Positions 49,550 through 61,763 are shown, counted from the first letter of the stretch. The stretch is DNA of 64,000 bases from Macrostomum lignano (GCA_002269645.1 NIVC01003046.1:1-64000), one strand, 5' to 3'. The notes: a model not told the origin generated them from the sequence alone. A program made the numbers and translations.

Positions 49550-52030
49550 GTAGAGGAACAGGAGCGGGAGTAGAAGGACATGATGAAGAGTAGAGGAACA
49601 GGAGCGGGAGTAGAAGGACATGATGGAGAGTAGAGGAACAGGAGCGGGAGTAGAAGGACATGATGAAGAGTAGAGGAACAGGAGCGGGAGTAGAAGGACA
49701 TGATGGAGAGTAGAGGAACAGGAGCGGGAGTAGGATATGATGGAGAGTAGAGGAACAGGAGCGGGAGTAGAAGGACATGATGAAGAGTAGAGGAACAGGA
49801 GCGGGAGTAGAAGGACATGATGGAGAGTATAGAAACAGGAGCGGGAGTAGAAGGACATGATGGAGAGTATAGAAACAGGAGCGGGAGTAGAAGGACATGA
49901 TGGAGAGTAGAGAACAGGAGCGGGAGTAGAAGGACATGATGAAGAGTAGAGGAACAGGAGCGGGAGTAGAAGGACATGATGGAGAGTATAGAAACAGGAG
50001 CGGGAGTAGAAGGACATGATGGAGAGTATAGAAACAGGAGCGGGAGTAGAAGGACATGATGGAGAGTAGAGAACAGGAGCGGGAGTAGAAGGACATGATT
50101 GAGAGTATAGAAACAGGAGCGGGAGTAGAAGGACATGATGGAGAGTAGAGAACAGGAGCGGGAGTAGAAGGACATGATGAAGAGTAGAGGAACAGGAGCG
50201 GGAGTAGAAGGACATGATGGAGAGTATAGAAACAGGAGCGGGAGTAGAAGGACATGATGGAGAGTATAGAAACAGGAGCGGGAGTAGAAGGACATGATGG
50301 AGAGTAGAGAACAGGAGCGGGAGTAGAAGGACATGATGAAGAGTAGAGGAACAGGAGCGGGAGTAGAAGGACATGATGGAGAGTATAGAAACAGGAGCGG
50401 GAGTAGAAGGACATGATGGAGAGTATAGAAACAGGAGCGGGAGTAGAAGGACATGATGGAGAGTAGAGAACAGGAGCGGGAGTAGAAGGACATGATTGAG
50501 AGTATAGAAACAGGAGCGGGAGTAGAAGGACATGATGGAGAGTAGAGAACAGGAGCGGGAGTAGAAGGACATGATGAAGAGTAGAGGAACAGGAGCGGGA
50601 GTAGAAGGACATGATGGAGAGTAGAGGAACAGGAGCGGGAGTAGAAGGACATGATGAAGAGTAGAGGAACAGGAGCGGGAGTAGAAGGACATGATGGAGA
50701 GTAGAGGAACAGGAGCGGGAGTAGGATATGATGGAGAGTAGAGGAACAGGAGCGGGAGTAGAAGGACATGATGAAGAGTAGAGGAACAGGAGCGGGAGTA
50801 GAAGGACATGATGGAGAGTATAGAAACAGGAGCGGGAGTAGAAGGACATGATGGAGAGTATAGAAACAGGAGCGGGAGTAGAAGGACATGATGGAGAGTA
50901 GAGAACAGGAGCGGGAGTAGAAGGACATGATGAAGAGTAGAGGAACAGGAGCGGGAGTAGAAGGACATGATGGAGAGTATAGAAACAGGAGCGGGAGTAG
51001 AAGGACATGATGGAGAGTATAGAAACAGGAGCGGGAGTAGAAGGACATGATGGAGAGTAGAGAACAGGAGCGGGAGTAGAAGGACATGATTGAGAGTATA
51101 GAAACAGGAGCGGGAGTAGAAGGACATGATGGAGAGTAGAGAACAGGAGCGGGAGTAGAAGGACATGATGAAGAGTAGAGGAACAGGAGCGGGAGTAGAA
51201 GGACATGATGGAGAGTATAGAAACAGGAGCGGGAGTAGAAGGACATGATGGAGAGTATAGAAACAGGAGCGGGAGTAGAAGGACATGATGGAGAGTAGAG
51301 AACAGGAGCGGGAGTAGAAGGACATGATGAAGAGTAGAGGAACAGGAGCGGGAGTAGAAGGACATGATGGAGAGTATAGAAACAGGAGCGGGAGTAGAAG
51401 GACATGATGGAGAGTATAGAAACAGGAGCGGGAGTAGAAGGACATGATGGAGAGTAGAGAACAGGAGCGGGAGTAGAAGGACATGATTGAGAGTATAGAA
51501 ACAGGAGCGGGAGTAGAAGGACATGATGGAGAGTAGAGAACAGGAGCGGGAGTAGAAGGACATGATGAAGAGTAGAGGAACAGGAGCGGGAGTAGAAGGA
51601 CATGATGGAGAGTATAGAAACAGGAGCGGGAGTAGAAGGACATGATTGAGAGTATAGAAACAGGAGCGGGAGTAGAAGGACATGATGAAGAGTAGAGGAA
51701 CAGGAGCGGGAGTAGAAGGACATGATGGAGAGTATAGAAACAGGAGCGGGAGTAGAAGGACATGATTGAGAGTATAGAAACAGGAGCGGGAGTAGAAGGA
51801 CATGATGGAGAGTAGAGAACAGGAGCGGGAGTAGAAGGACATGATGAAGAGTAGAGGAACAGGAGCGGGAGTAGAAGGACATGATGGAGAGTATAGAAAC
51901 AGGAGCGGGAGTAGAAGGACATGATGGAGAGTATAGAAACAGGAGCGGGAGTAGAAGGACATGATGGAGAGTAGAGAACAGGAGCGGGAGTAGAAGGACA
52001 TGATGGAGAGTAGAGAACAGGAGCGGGAGT
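49550..52030. repeat. 38-40-bp purine-rich minisatellite (GGGAGTAGAAGGACATGATGGAGAGTATAGAAACAGGAGC)n
   Basis: About 62 units of several variants; explains the 846-868 aa ORFs. Confidence 0.97.
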
Positions 52031-52699
52031 AGGGTTAGACAAAGAATATGAAGGGATCGAACAAAACTAGATGCAAAGTACTATAGAAACAATCCAACAG
52101 AGACTAGCATATGGCATACACTGTTTACCTGAATATAAACTGTATTAGAACAGGCACATGCACTCCATCATTCTTATTATACATAATCCAATCCATGGCC
52201 TTCAACGCTGCAATATCACCAGCTGAAGCTTAATCACGCAGTTGAAACACACGCATCCTCTGCACTTAATCCTGGGCTATCCATTTATCTGCAGATGAAG
52301 TTGCATGTCTGCGCTGCCCATCCAACAGCCCTTTCCCCCAGCCCCTGTGAGGAATGAAAAACACAACTCGCACAATTAATTGCATTGGTGTTGGACCAAC
52401 AGAGTTGTATTACTAGTTCTAGTGTAGCGTGTCTCGGTAATGCATAAACTTACCATGACTCTCCGGCACGCGACAGGACTGGACACTCCCAGCCTGTACG
52501 AGTATTCCCACAGCTATAACTGGATTTCCCGTCTGCAGTTAAAGGAATCCAGCCTGAATTAAGACTGCACGACAGCTATAGTACTCGAAAAACGGTTTAC
52601 TTTGTTGTTATATTGAGTACGAGAGCTGCTTTGGTTATAGAGGGGTATCAATGTATTCATTTCTAACAAACAAAATTATGAGAACAAATTCTCATATGA

Positions 52700-53495
52700 G
52701 TACTAACAAGACTGAGAGCAGCACTGATTATGAGAATCCCTCGATGAGAATGAGAACAGCACTAATTATGAGAACCCTCTACGTGAGAAAGAGAACAGCA
52801 CTGATTAAGAGAGCCCTCTGGGTGAGAATGAGAGCTGCACTGATTATGAGAACCCCTAAGTGAACAGCACAGATAATTAGAACCCCTTAGATAAGAGAAT
52901 GAGAACAGCACTGATTAAGAGAATCCCTTAGGTGAACAGCACAGATAATTAGAACCCCTTAGATAAGAGAATGAGAACAACACTGATTATGAGAATCCCT
53001 TAGGTGAACAGCACAGATAATCAGAACCCCTTAGATAAGAGAATGAGAACAGCACTGATTATGAGAATCCCATAGGTGAACAGCACAGATAATCAGAACC
53101 CCTTAGATAAGAGAATGAGAACAGCACTGATTAATGGACTGGTTGTGCGGAGCAATCGCACAAACCGGCTTTAGTGCCCAGCGCGTTAATTGTACATCGC
53201 CGCCTGCCCCCCTTTTGGGTGGCAGGGGGTTTTTAAACCCCCGTCGCGCTCTACTGGCGCCTTGCCTTCTCGCAGTGAATTTTTTTTCTTCTTTTTCTCG
53301 TGTTAAGTCTGCTTTAAGCCAAATATAGATTGAAGTTCGGAACATTTTTTTCATTGACGGAGGCCTGCTTCGTTTCTGTGCCAAGTTCGCGTTTTAATGC
53401 CTTTGTTGCTGGAAGCACTAAGAGAATCCCATAGGTGAACAGCACAGATAATCAGAACCCCTTATTAGATAAGAGAATGAGAACAGCACTGATTA
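52700..53495. repeat. Degenerate alternating minisatellite (GAGAATGAGAACAGCACTGATTA... / GTGAACAGCACAGATAATCAGAACCCCTTAGATAA)
   Basis: Tandem units interrupted at 53134-53420. Confidence 0.85.
53134..53420 (-). mobile_element. Non-autonomous Helentron-type element (HINE/DINE-1-like)
   Basis: Inserted without TSD between two Ts on the minus strand (GATTA|...|AGAG restores the repeat unit). Terminal subTIR GCTGGAAGCACTA (53408-20), internal inverted partner TAGTGCCCAGC (53172-82), and stem-loop GGTTGTGCG/CGCACAAACC (53141-66) near the other end. Confidence 0.65.
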
Positions 53496-54040
53496 CAACA
53501 GCTCCCAAAAAAATATTACACAGCGCAGACACTTATCGCACGGTACACTGCACATAGTAATTATATGAGAGCTTATTAACAAACGCTCAATGGAAATGAT
53601 AATTAAGAGGGAAAGCAAATTCAATCAAGCGAAACAAATAGGCAGAAAAGCCTTGGAACCCAATTACAGCCTGGGTCCACCCTGAGCAGAGATAAAACAA
53701 GTCGCATGAAAAATGGCCCGAACTAAATCTTACAAGAGGCTCAAGATATCTACAAGTATATTGGAACTTGAAATCTAGTAAGTATTGTGATTAAATGATA
53801 AACATGAACTCTAACTGTATTGCACTGTATTCTATCTTACACATTGGCCTGACTAGATTAGCAATCCATTCTACACTTCTTCATCAGGGAATTACATGTA
53901 AAGGGGTCTACGGCAAACGCTCCGACTCTCTCGCGCTAAAGACACCAATGAATGCCAACCCACAAGGCACAAGAAGTGCAGTACATGCCTAACAATTAGG
54001 AAGTCGGGGCAATTGATGTCAATTACTTTTCAAAAAAAGA

Positions 54041-54334
54041 GGGGCTGTAGCCTAGCGGTCTGAGCGCCGGACTCACGACTGAAAGGTCGGGGGTTCGATT
54101 CCCAATCCACTGGAACAATTGTGTCCTTGAGCAAGACACTAACTCTGCATTGCTTCAGTTCACCCAAATGGGTGCCAGCATTAGCTGGGGTAATTGAGGC
54201 TGTGTGGCGACCCCCCCCCCAGTCCTTGGACTGAACAGCCGTGCGCAGCCTTCAGATGCGCCGCGCAATAGCTGCGGCTGAGCTGTCGGTTGCACATCTG
54301 GCCACTAGGGCAGGTGTACTATTATCATTATTAC
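54041..54334 (+). mobile_element. tRNA-derived SINE with CORE-like central domain
   Basis: A box TAGCCTAGCGG (54048-58), B box GGTTCGATTCC (54092-102), then GTGTCCTTGAGCAAGACACTAAC...AAATGGG (54121-54172) and an (ATT)-rich tail. Confidence 0.8.
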
Positions 54335-54561
54335 TAGTTAAACAAAGGAAGTGAAAAAATGAATAATATTTTGAGCTTTTTATTTTAATCCAGACACAGA
54401 AGCGTTGAGCTTTTATTGAACTTTTGCGTTCACACGAAGACAAGCAGCAATCCCGTTCTGTTTATTTGTGCAAACAACAAGCGCATTATCATCAATCGCT
54501 AAGCAGTCTCTCTGTCCATGAAACAATTGTCAGTTCAATCCAGCAGAAGCGAACGTTCACT

Positions 54562-55246
54562 TCAGGGCATCTCCGTGACCTGGAAAAATTAAAATGAGAA
54601 ATAAAAAACACGGGCATTTTATATTTTTATTGACTATCCAAAAACCGAAATCTAAAAAAAATTCTTAATTAAGAAATAATAATACCACTAATGATACTAT
54701 TACTACTATAAGTAGGTCACAAAATTTCAAGTAACCTAGGTTTCTATGTCATAAGTGTGTCGTGTCTTATGCCATATTTCAATTGAAGCATCAATAATTA
54801 TGTAATTATTGAGATTCTTAAACCCAAGTAGGAAAGCACACTAACCGCAGCCAAGTTAGCTTAACTTCTGGGTAAGAAAATACGCTACTTCTGATACTCA
54901 CCGAAGCGCTGATGCTCAGGTCCAGGGCCTTGAGCATCTCGCTAGTGATGGGGTCAATCTCCAGGTCAGTGTCCAGAGCGGACACATCCGGCACGTAGTT
55001 GTCCCTCCTCTCGCGCTCCTCCTCCTGCAGCTTGATGGAGATGCCGCGCACCGGGCCGCGCTGGATTCGCTTCATCAGGTGGGTGACGAAGCCGGCGATT
55101 TTGTTGCGCAACCGTTTAGAAGGGATGATGGCGACCTCCTCGCAGACGCGCTTGTTAATGTGGAAATCGTTGCCCAGCCGGGTGTAATACTTCTCGATGA
55201 TCACGCGAGACGCTTTCTTCACGGTTTTAGTGCGAACTCGGCCCAT
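54562..55246 (-). CDS. RPS17: 40S ribosomal protein S17 (eS17), 2 coding exons, 120 aa
   Basis: [21 protein letters not shown]...[20 protein letters not shown]. Exons 55246-54902 (GTGAGT donor) and 54579-54562 (VTEMP*); AATAAA on the minus strand at 54461-66. Confidence 0.97.
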
Positions 55247-56792
55247 GATTGGCTGCTAGTGATTAGCACTGCTGAGGCATGCATAAGTTCGAAGTTGTGC
55301 GCTCTGAGATACAGCTATTTAGTCCATAAGGTTTTATAGTTTTACAGCAGGGACTTTATTATTTCGATTAATGACAGGGGGCTGGCTGTGTGAACCCTGG
55401 CATGCACATGCGCAAGCGCGACCCCCTCCCCCCTGATTTACATCGGCCGTGCGACACTTTTTGACAAAAAATGCGACTTAACTATGAAAGAAACCTAAGC
55501 AACAATTAATGTAATTGTGGGTAAACGGTAGGAGTAATTATGACTGTATTATTAAGCCTAAATGCCTCGTCATCTAATTAGTACTTCGTCTGCATTTTTG
55601 GGTGTGCATTTTTGTAATCAAGTGTGAAAAGCATTTCGCTTTAGAACTTAGAAGAAACCCTATTTTAACACAGAATCCAGCTCACTATTGACTTATGCAT
55701 TCCAAAACAAATAAACAAACTAATGAAGACTAGCTTGTCATTTCAAGAAATTTTGGTATATACTCATCATACCTAGCTATCTAGAAATACTTGAAAGGTT
55801 CACTTAAGAAGGCTATAGAAATGTGTAGGAATAATATACTATAAACTAGGCCTAGAAAGTAGTGATCTAGATGCTGTCCAATTCCTTAAGGTCTATTGCA
55901 GCCACTAGCTAAGGTATGCCATTGCAGTTAACATCTATCATAGAATAAAAGTGTTTGGCATGCTAAATGTAAAAAGGTGTAAACCTCTGCAGTGAAGAAA
56001 GGACTAGCTTTGTTGAAAGCACTTCCTTGTATAGAGTCCTTATTCACAATCCATCTATGATCATTATAAAAGATCTGAACATGATATGAACATATTTACA
56101 ATCAGCATTCAATCAGCATATTATATAAGCTAGCTATATAATAAGCATATAGGCCTTATTATAATTATAGGTTGTTGTTTAAGCTATGATATACTTTTAA
56201 GAGTAGGGGGCTTAGATAAAATAGAATTAAAATGATAGACTCTTGATTTTTTTGGTATCCACACTTTTTGTTGTCTGTACTTTTGGTACCTAGTATTTTA
56301 ATATCCCAGTTTGTTTCTCAATGTCTAAAATATAAATTGAAATTAGATGCCAATAATAGAAAATAGGCTTTAATATATAACTTAAGTAGGCTATAAGGGT
56401 TGGACAAGATCTCAATCTCAATTGTCAAGATCTTGGCACTTTTTTCAATCTCAATTTCTGTTTTAAGATCTTGCAAAAAAACTAAGCTTTGCATTTACAT
56501 GACACTATTTGAGACTATGATATTATGCAGTTATGGTAATCTTCCAGTTTGTTTCCTGATATTATTTTCAAGTTTGAATTGGTGCTGCAACATAGTTTCA
56601 TGGTAGAAAATTATGTCTGTGGCCAAAAGGGATAGGAATTGGTATTAGAAAATTCTCTAGCCTCTAGCTCTTATCTACTGTTCTATCTACTGCTCCATCT
56701 ATTGCTACTTTTACTGCCCTATCTATTTCTCTATCTACCACTACCTACTGCTCCATTTACTTCTATAAAATGTTCTATCTAGTGCTCAGAAG

Positions 56793-57089
56793 CATACATG
56801 CGCAACAGTCGGCCGAGTCGGCCGATCCGGCCGACCGATTTGGCGGCCAACCAAGGAAGTCGCAAAAATGCCTACCCGAAAAAATAACAAAGTAGTAGTA
56901 CTAAGTAGCTGACGAGGCATTTTGGCGTTATAAGACAGTCATAGTTACTCCTGCCGTTTACCCAAAGTTGCGTTAATTTTGTTTTAGGTTTTTTTGCATG
57001 TAAATCGCATTTTTGGCCAAAAACTATGTCGCATTTTTGTTAAAACTAAGTCGCATGGCCGACCGAATTTCGGAGGTTGCGCATGTATG
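56793..57089. mobile_element. 297-bp MITE (hAT- or P-type)
   Basis: 14-bp TIR CATACATGCGCAAC, 8-bp TSD CTCAGAAG (56785-92, 57090-97) and subterminal TCGGCC repeats. A divergent inverted partial copy lies at about 55401-55585. Confidence 0.88.
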
Positions 57090-57479
57090 CTCAGAAGTAC
57101 TATGTTGTGGCACCAATTCAAACTTGAAAGTAATATTGCAAAACAAACTGGAAGCTTACCAATATTATCATATTTACAATTGATATACATCAAGTTATTA
57201 ATAAGCTCAGTATTAAATAATGATTGTTTTTCTTTCTATTATCATCATTTTATACATTTAACAAGTAACAACATTAGCATTGATAGACAAAATAGTGTAA
57301 ATAGGCCAAGGCCTACTAGATGCTAATTAGACATAATCTCAAATCTTGATTGAATCTTGATTATCTTGAAAGTATAAATATTGTCTTGAAAAGCTCAAAA
57401 ATTTGATATTGTTCAACTCCTATTAGGCTAAAATGATAATTATAAAATAATATATATTTTACTTTAAGTAACTAAAGTA

Positions 57480-58860
57480 TGAGGATTACTTGTAAAATCT
57501 GCAATCAAACATGTATATCATTTTTTGAGTCACTGCTTTGTCTTAATACTTTATACCATAGACAAATATCATACCCTAGGTGCTTTAAAGCAAGAGTAGT
57601 CTTGTTTAAGCTAGGCATTTCTTTCTTACAGTGTTTTTAGTTGCACACTAATTTTATCAGTATGCTGAATAAAAAAGAAGCAAAGTGAAGCATCATTTGG
57701 TTTTTGTAAAAACAAGGGAAGTGACAAGTGGAAATTCTTTGAGAGGTGCAAGCAATGTATGCTGAATGTGCACCATCAAAAACCATGGTCAAGAAGTGGG
57801 TGCAGCACTTTGAAGATGGCTAGGAGATGGTTGATGATCTTCCACAGAGCAGCCAGCCTTCCACCATGGTCAAAAGGTCAAACATTAAGTTTGTGTGTTG
57901 CACTCTAGACATTGACCACCAAGACACAATGCAAGTTATCAACCACTACTGGCATCTCATCAATGGCCATTCACTCAATCCAGATAGTTGAACTTGGTAT
58001 GCCACTCATTGTTGCTCATTGAGTCCCAAAACTTTTGACTGACCAGCAGCAGTAAGAATGGGTCTAGGTGTATACTATTAGTAGCTCCCCTAGTCATATT
58101 GCAGTGATCCCAACTTTTTGGACTGGTTGACTAGGGATAAATCCTAGTTCCATTATAGTGAGCCAAAGTTTAAGATGCAGAGCAACATGTGAAAAGCCAG
58201 CCATGAGCGCATACCTGTTAAGGCCCTAACTACACCTTTAGCTGGCAAGTAAATAGCCATTGTCTTCTAGGACAAGGAGGGTATTCTGCTCATTAAATTG
58301 CCTGCCCATGGTGCCATAGGCAGGCAATTGTTTCTCAATATCCTATTGAGAAAGGCAATTGTTTAATTGCCTTTTGGCAAATAAACAGGCAATTGTTAAT
58401 CAATAGTGAATATTAAATCTAATCCTATAGAAGTGTGTGAAGCCACTAAGTCCTAGCAGTATGGCAAGCTAAGCTGTGGCATCCTGTTTCAGCATGACAA
58501 TGCTAGGCCATATACCAGCCAAGAAATAATGGCTGCCATTTTGGACCTGGGCTTTGAGGTGCTGCCACACCTACCTTACTCGCTGGACCTTGCACCCAGT
58601 GACTTCTGGCTGTTCAAGAAGATGAAAACCCAAGGTTGCAAATATAATTTTCTATAGACTCTGTCATCACTATCAGCCAATAGTCAGGGGGTCTCCTGCC
58701 AATTTCTATGCTACTGGCATTGAGAAGTTGCCTGAGAGATGGCATAAGTACATAAGTCTCAAGGGTGCCTACATTGAAAAGCAAGAAAACTAGCATTACA
58801 TTTGATCAATCCATTAATCAATTAGACATATTTGATTAAGGACTTTCCAAACAACTCTCA
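57480..58860 (+). mobile_element. Old, heavily decayed mariner transposon
   Basis: TA flanks and degenerate TIRs (TGAGGATTACTTGTAAAATC and GACTTTCCAAACAACTCTCA). Remnant reading from 57662 with HTH-region peptide and LFQHDNARP, VLPHLPYSLDLAPSDFWLF; many stops. Confidence 0.88.
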
Positions 58861-60162
58861 TATTTTATATTTTATTTCATTGATGATTTAAATAAATTCT
58901 TTCTAGTAAATACATATCTATTGTAGCTATTAGCTAAATATATAGTCAATATATTATACAATGTCTATATCAGTTTTTACATTTTCCATATAGCTAATAT
59001 ACCTAGTTTTCTAAAATAAAAAACAGGCTAGTTTACCTTACCAAAACAGATAATGCTTTCATTATTAGATAAATAAAAAAGTATTGTAGAGTACTTATCA
59101 TGGTTTCAGTTGTTTGCTACATAGACAAAAAGCCTTTTTCTTCTAAAACTGTTTGTTTGCTAGGAAATAAGGGTAGGGATAGGAGTGGGGTGGCATGGAG
59201 AATAGGGTGGAGAGCTGCTTAACAATGTCACTGTTGATACTATTAAAACACTATGGATTCCATCATTTTAACAAACTATTTCATAATATATATGTAAAAT
59301 TTATAGAAAGAATAATAAGCTTGATTAGAAACTAGTAGAATTGAAATAGTTGAAAATTTTCTAAAAATAAAAATATTAAATAATTGTTTCTTTTTTACTC
59401 AACAGTTCTTAGGTATAAGCAATCTTGTGTCATTTCAAAATCTAATGTTGTCACATACCATGTCTTATAAACTAGTAAATCAAGATGCTGTCATATTCAA
59501 ATGTGGGACTATGTTTATTTGCCTTTATTGTTTACATGTTTAGCCCAAATTAAAAACTAACTAAGAAGCTTAGTGGATGGGCTATATTTAGGCCCTAGTT
59601 TAGTTTTTGGGTAGGGGCAAATTTCACATCCAAAGTGCCCACTGCCCCCCACACCCCTGGCTTCCATAAGGCCAGTGGGGGCCCTCATTGGGGTACTAAT
59701 CATTTTGGCAAAAGTCATTTTGGCAAGGCCATTTGCTAAAACATATTTAAAAAGTCATTTTGGCAAAAAGCTTACTAGGCTTAATATACGCAATTATACA
59801 AAATGGTGTAAGTAAAGTTTGTTATGAAACAAACATTTTCCTAATAATCGACAGATAAAATTCAAATGTTGTTAATTTGGCTTAGGGGCCTACTTTGTGT
59901 AGTTTTGAGTTTTATTGATGTATTGTACTATTGTATGACTTAAACTTTTAGCTTAGATAGTTCGGCTTACTTTGTATAGGCCTACTTTTAACTTTGTACT
60001 TTAACAGTTTTATACTTTGTATGTTGTACTTACCAAGACAAAGACAAGTTACTACAACTTACTTGAAATGTATGTCTAATATCTAATGGGGGGCTTGCTG
60101 CCCTCTACACCCTTGGCTTTTGTGTAGGGGTAGGGCTAGTGGGGGCTCGCCACCCCCTATAC

Positions 60163-60559
60163 TAGAGGTAGGACGGGATCCCGATCCCGATCCCGAAATC
60201 TCGGGATCCCGAGGAAAATTGAATTCCCGCGGGACCAGAATCCCAACCCTAAAAAACTCGAGATTTGGGAACAGGTCTTTCAATTAATAATTTATAGAAT
60301 TAGTGATTACTTGAAGGTATTTTGCTTTAACTTGTACTCGTTACATTATTTACTTTGTTGGTTACAAAACTTCATATCAATTTCATTGTGTTTTACTTCT
60401 TGATCTTGACAATCTTTCTCAATTTTGTTTAACTTTACATGGACAATACACTAAAAGACCTGATCCCGATTCCCAAATCCCGATCCCGATCCCGATCCCG
60501 AGAAAAAATTATTCCCGATCCCGATCCCGCCTAAAGATTTCAATCCCGTTCGACCTCTA
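60163..60559. mobile_element. hAT-type MITE
   Basis: TIRs TAGAGGTAGGACGGGAT and ATCCCGTTCGACCTCTA; 8-bp TSD CCCTATAC (60155-62, 60560-67); subterminal CCCGAT repeats. Confidence 0.9.
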
Positions 60560-60568
60560 CCCTATACC

Positions 60569-61225
60569 TAGTGATGGTACAAAATTAGTTTCGATTATTT
60601 TGATTTTGAATTTCGACACCATTCATCGAAAATCATTTTAAAATTTTGGTTATATTTTAACAATTTAGACATTGATGATCATGCTACATGAGAAAGAAAA
60701 TCTGTAGTAGTGAAAGGAAGTGCGGTTTAAAGACTCAGTGGGGAGGTAAGAATCCCTTTTTCTACAAGAAAGATAGTGCGGGGCACACACTGTTCCAGGC
60801 CTTGTGCTGCAAACCACCTCAACCTCCACAAGCCCACTGGCTAAACTTATTGGCGTGGATTTTAATTGGCTAAAGACTTAAAGCCTTAATGATATGGATA
60901 TAGGCTACTCGTATCTAGATCTTCAGCTTAAACAGCGGTGAAGTATAATACAACTTCTACTATATTTTTATGTACAAGTGTATAATACATAATACACCAG
61001 CATTTTCTATTTAGTATTTTTAAAGTAAGTTAAATCTTAAGTATTCTGGTTTAAACATATCAAAGATACTGTTTATAAAACATGTAAGCTCATACATACA
61101 GAGGCAAGGGCAAAATTTTTTAAGCTTAAAAATTTCGATTTTGATTTCAATTTCAATTTTGATTATAAGGAACCAAAAATTTCGATTTTGATTTCAATTT
61201 GAAAAATAATTTCGATCCATCACTA
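60569..61225. mobile_element. Second hAT-type MITE
   Basis: TIRs TAGTGATGG and CCATCACTA; flanks CCTATACC (60561-68) and CCCATACC (61226-33) differ by one base; subterminal TTTCGATTTT repeats. Confidence 0.8.
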
Positions 61226-61519
61226 CCCATACCCTTGGCTTCCATAAAGCTAGCCTCCCACTCCACCTTACCCACACCCCTGCCTTGCCTCGACTTTGCT
61301 CACCTGTACACAGATCTTTTTTGTATGCTAAGGGCAAGGCGATGACAACCAGACACAAATTTCGGCAAACCTACACTTCCGTTCGGTAAATTATTTTAAC
61401 ATTTGAATTTGTACCACCAAGTCAAATGACGTCAATTGGCAATGTGTCTATGGCCAAAAGTTTGAGCGAACAGAGTTTAAGGGGGTGTCAGTTTAAGGGA
61501 GCTGTTGCTTGTGAGCTGC

Positions 61520-61762
61520 TTGTTTTTTGAGCTTCAATTTCTCATTTCCCATCGGCTGCACTTTGTAGATCCAGCAGACCCAACAGTCCACACCAACACC
61601 GTGGAGGGCACATAGGCCCACACAAAGTGCAAGATCTGCAACATGCATAGCACGAGCGATGCTCTCTTCGATGCACACATTGAGGAATTCCTCTGGCGTT
61701 GTCTATATCCCCAATGTCCATTTGGGGCTATCCTGTACTGGATTGGACATTACTATCCATTA
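61520..61762 (+). pseudogene. Merlin (ISXO2/IS1016-like) transposase C-terminal remnant
   Basis: Single frame HRLHFVDPADPTVHTNTVEGT*AHTKCKICNMHSTSDALFDAHIEEFLWRCLYPQCPFGAILYWIGHYYPL, matching the Merlin pattern NH...FVDP...HTNT(I/V)EG.W...EF(M/L)WR. A possible left end GGTAAA lies at 61385. Confidence 0.8.
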
Positions 61763-61763
61763 T

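Noticed and set aside
49276-52042. 846-868 aa ORFs, and similar long ORFs at 17.8, 19.7, 22.3, 25.4, 27.7, 30.6, 35.3, 38.3, 39.1, 43.0 and 44.7 kb
   Set aside because: They are translations of minisatellites or polypyrimidine tracts that lack stop codons by composition. They are open in several frames and strands and lie in introns or intergenic DNA.
48690-52344. Possible TAA/TAG-to-Gln stop-codon reassignment (coding-like pieces interrupted by TAR; most genes here end in TGA)
   Set aside because: The well-supported exons (OSBP, SLC16, RPS17) contain many CAA/CAG codons and no internal TAR, and SLC16 ends in TAG. Decay or wrong framing explains the stops.
54041-54113. tRNA gene
   Set aside because: A and B boxes are present, but the acceptor stem does not pair (GGGGCTG vs CAATCCA) and the sequence continues into a SINE body.
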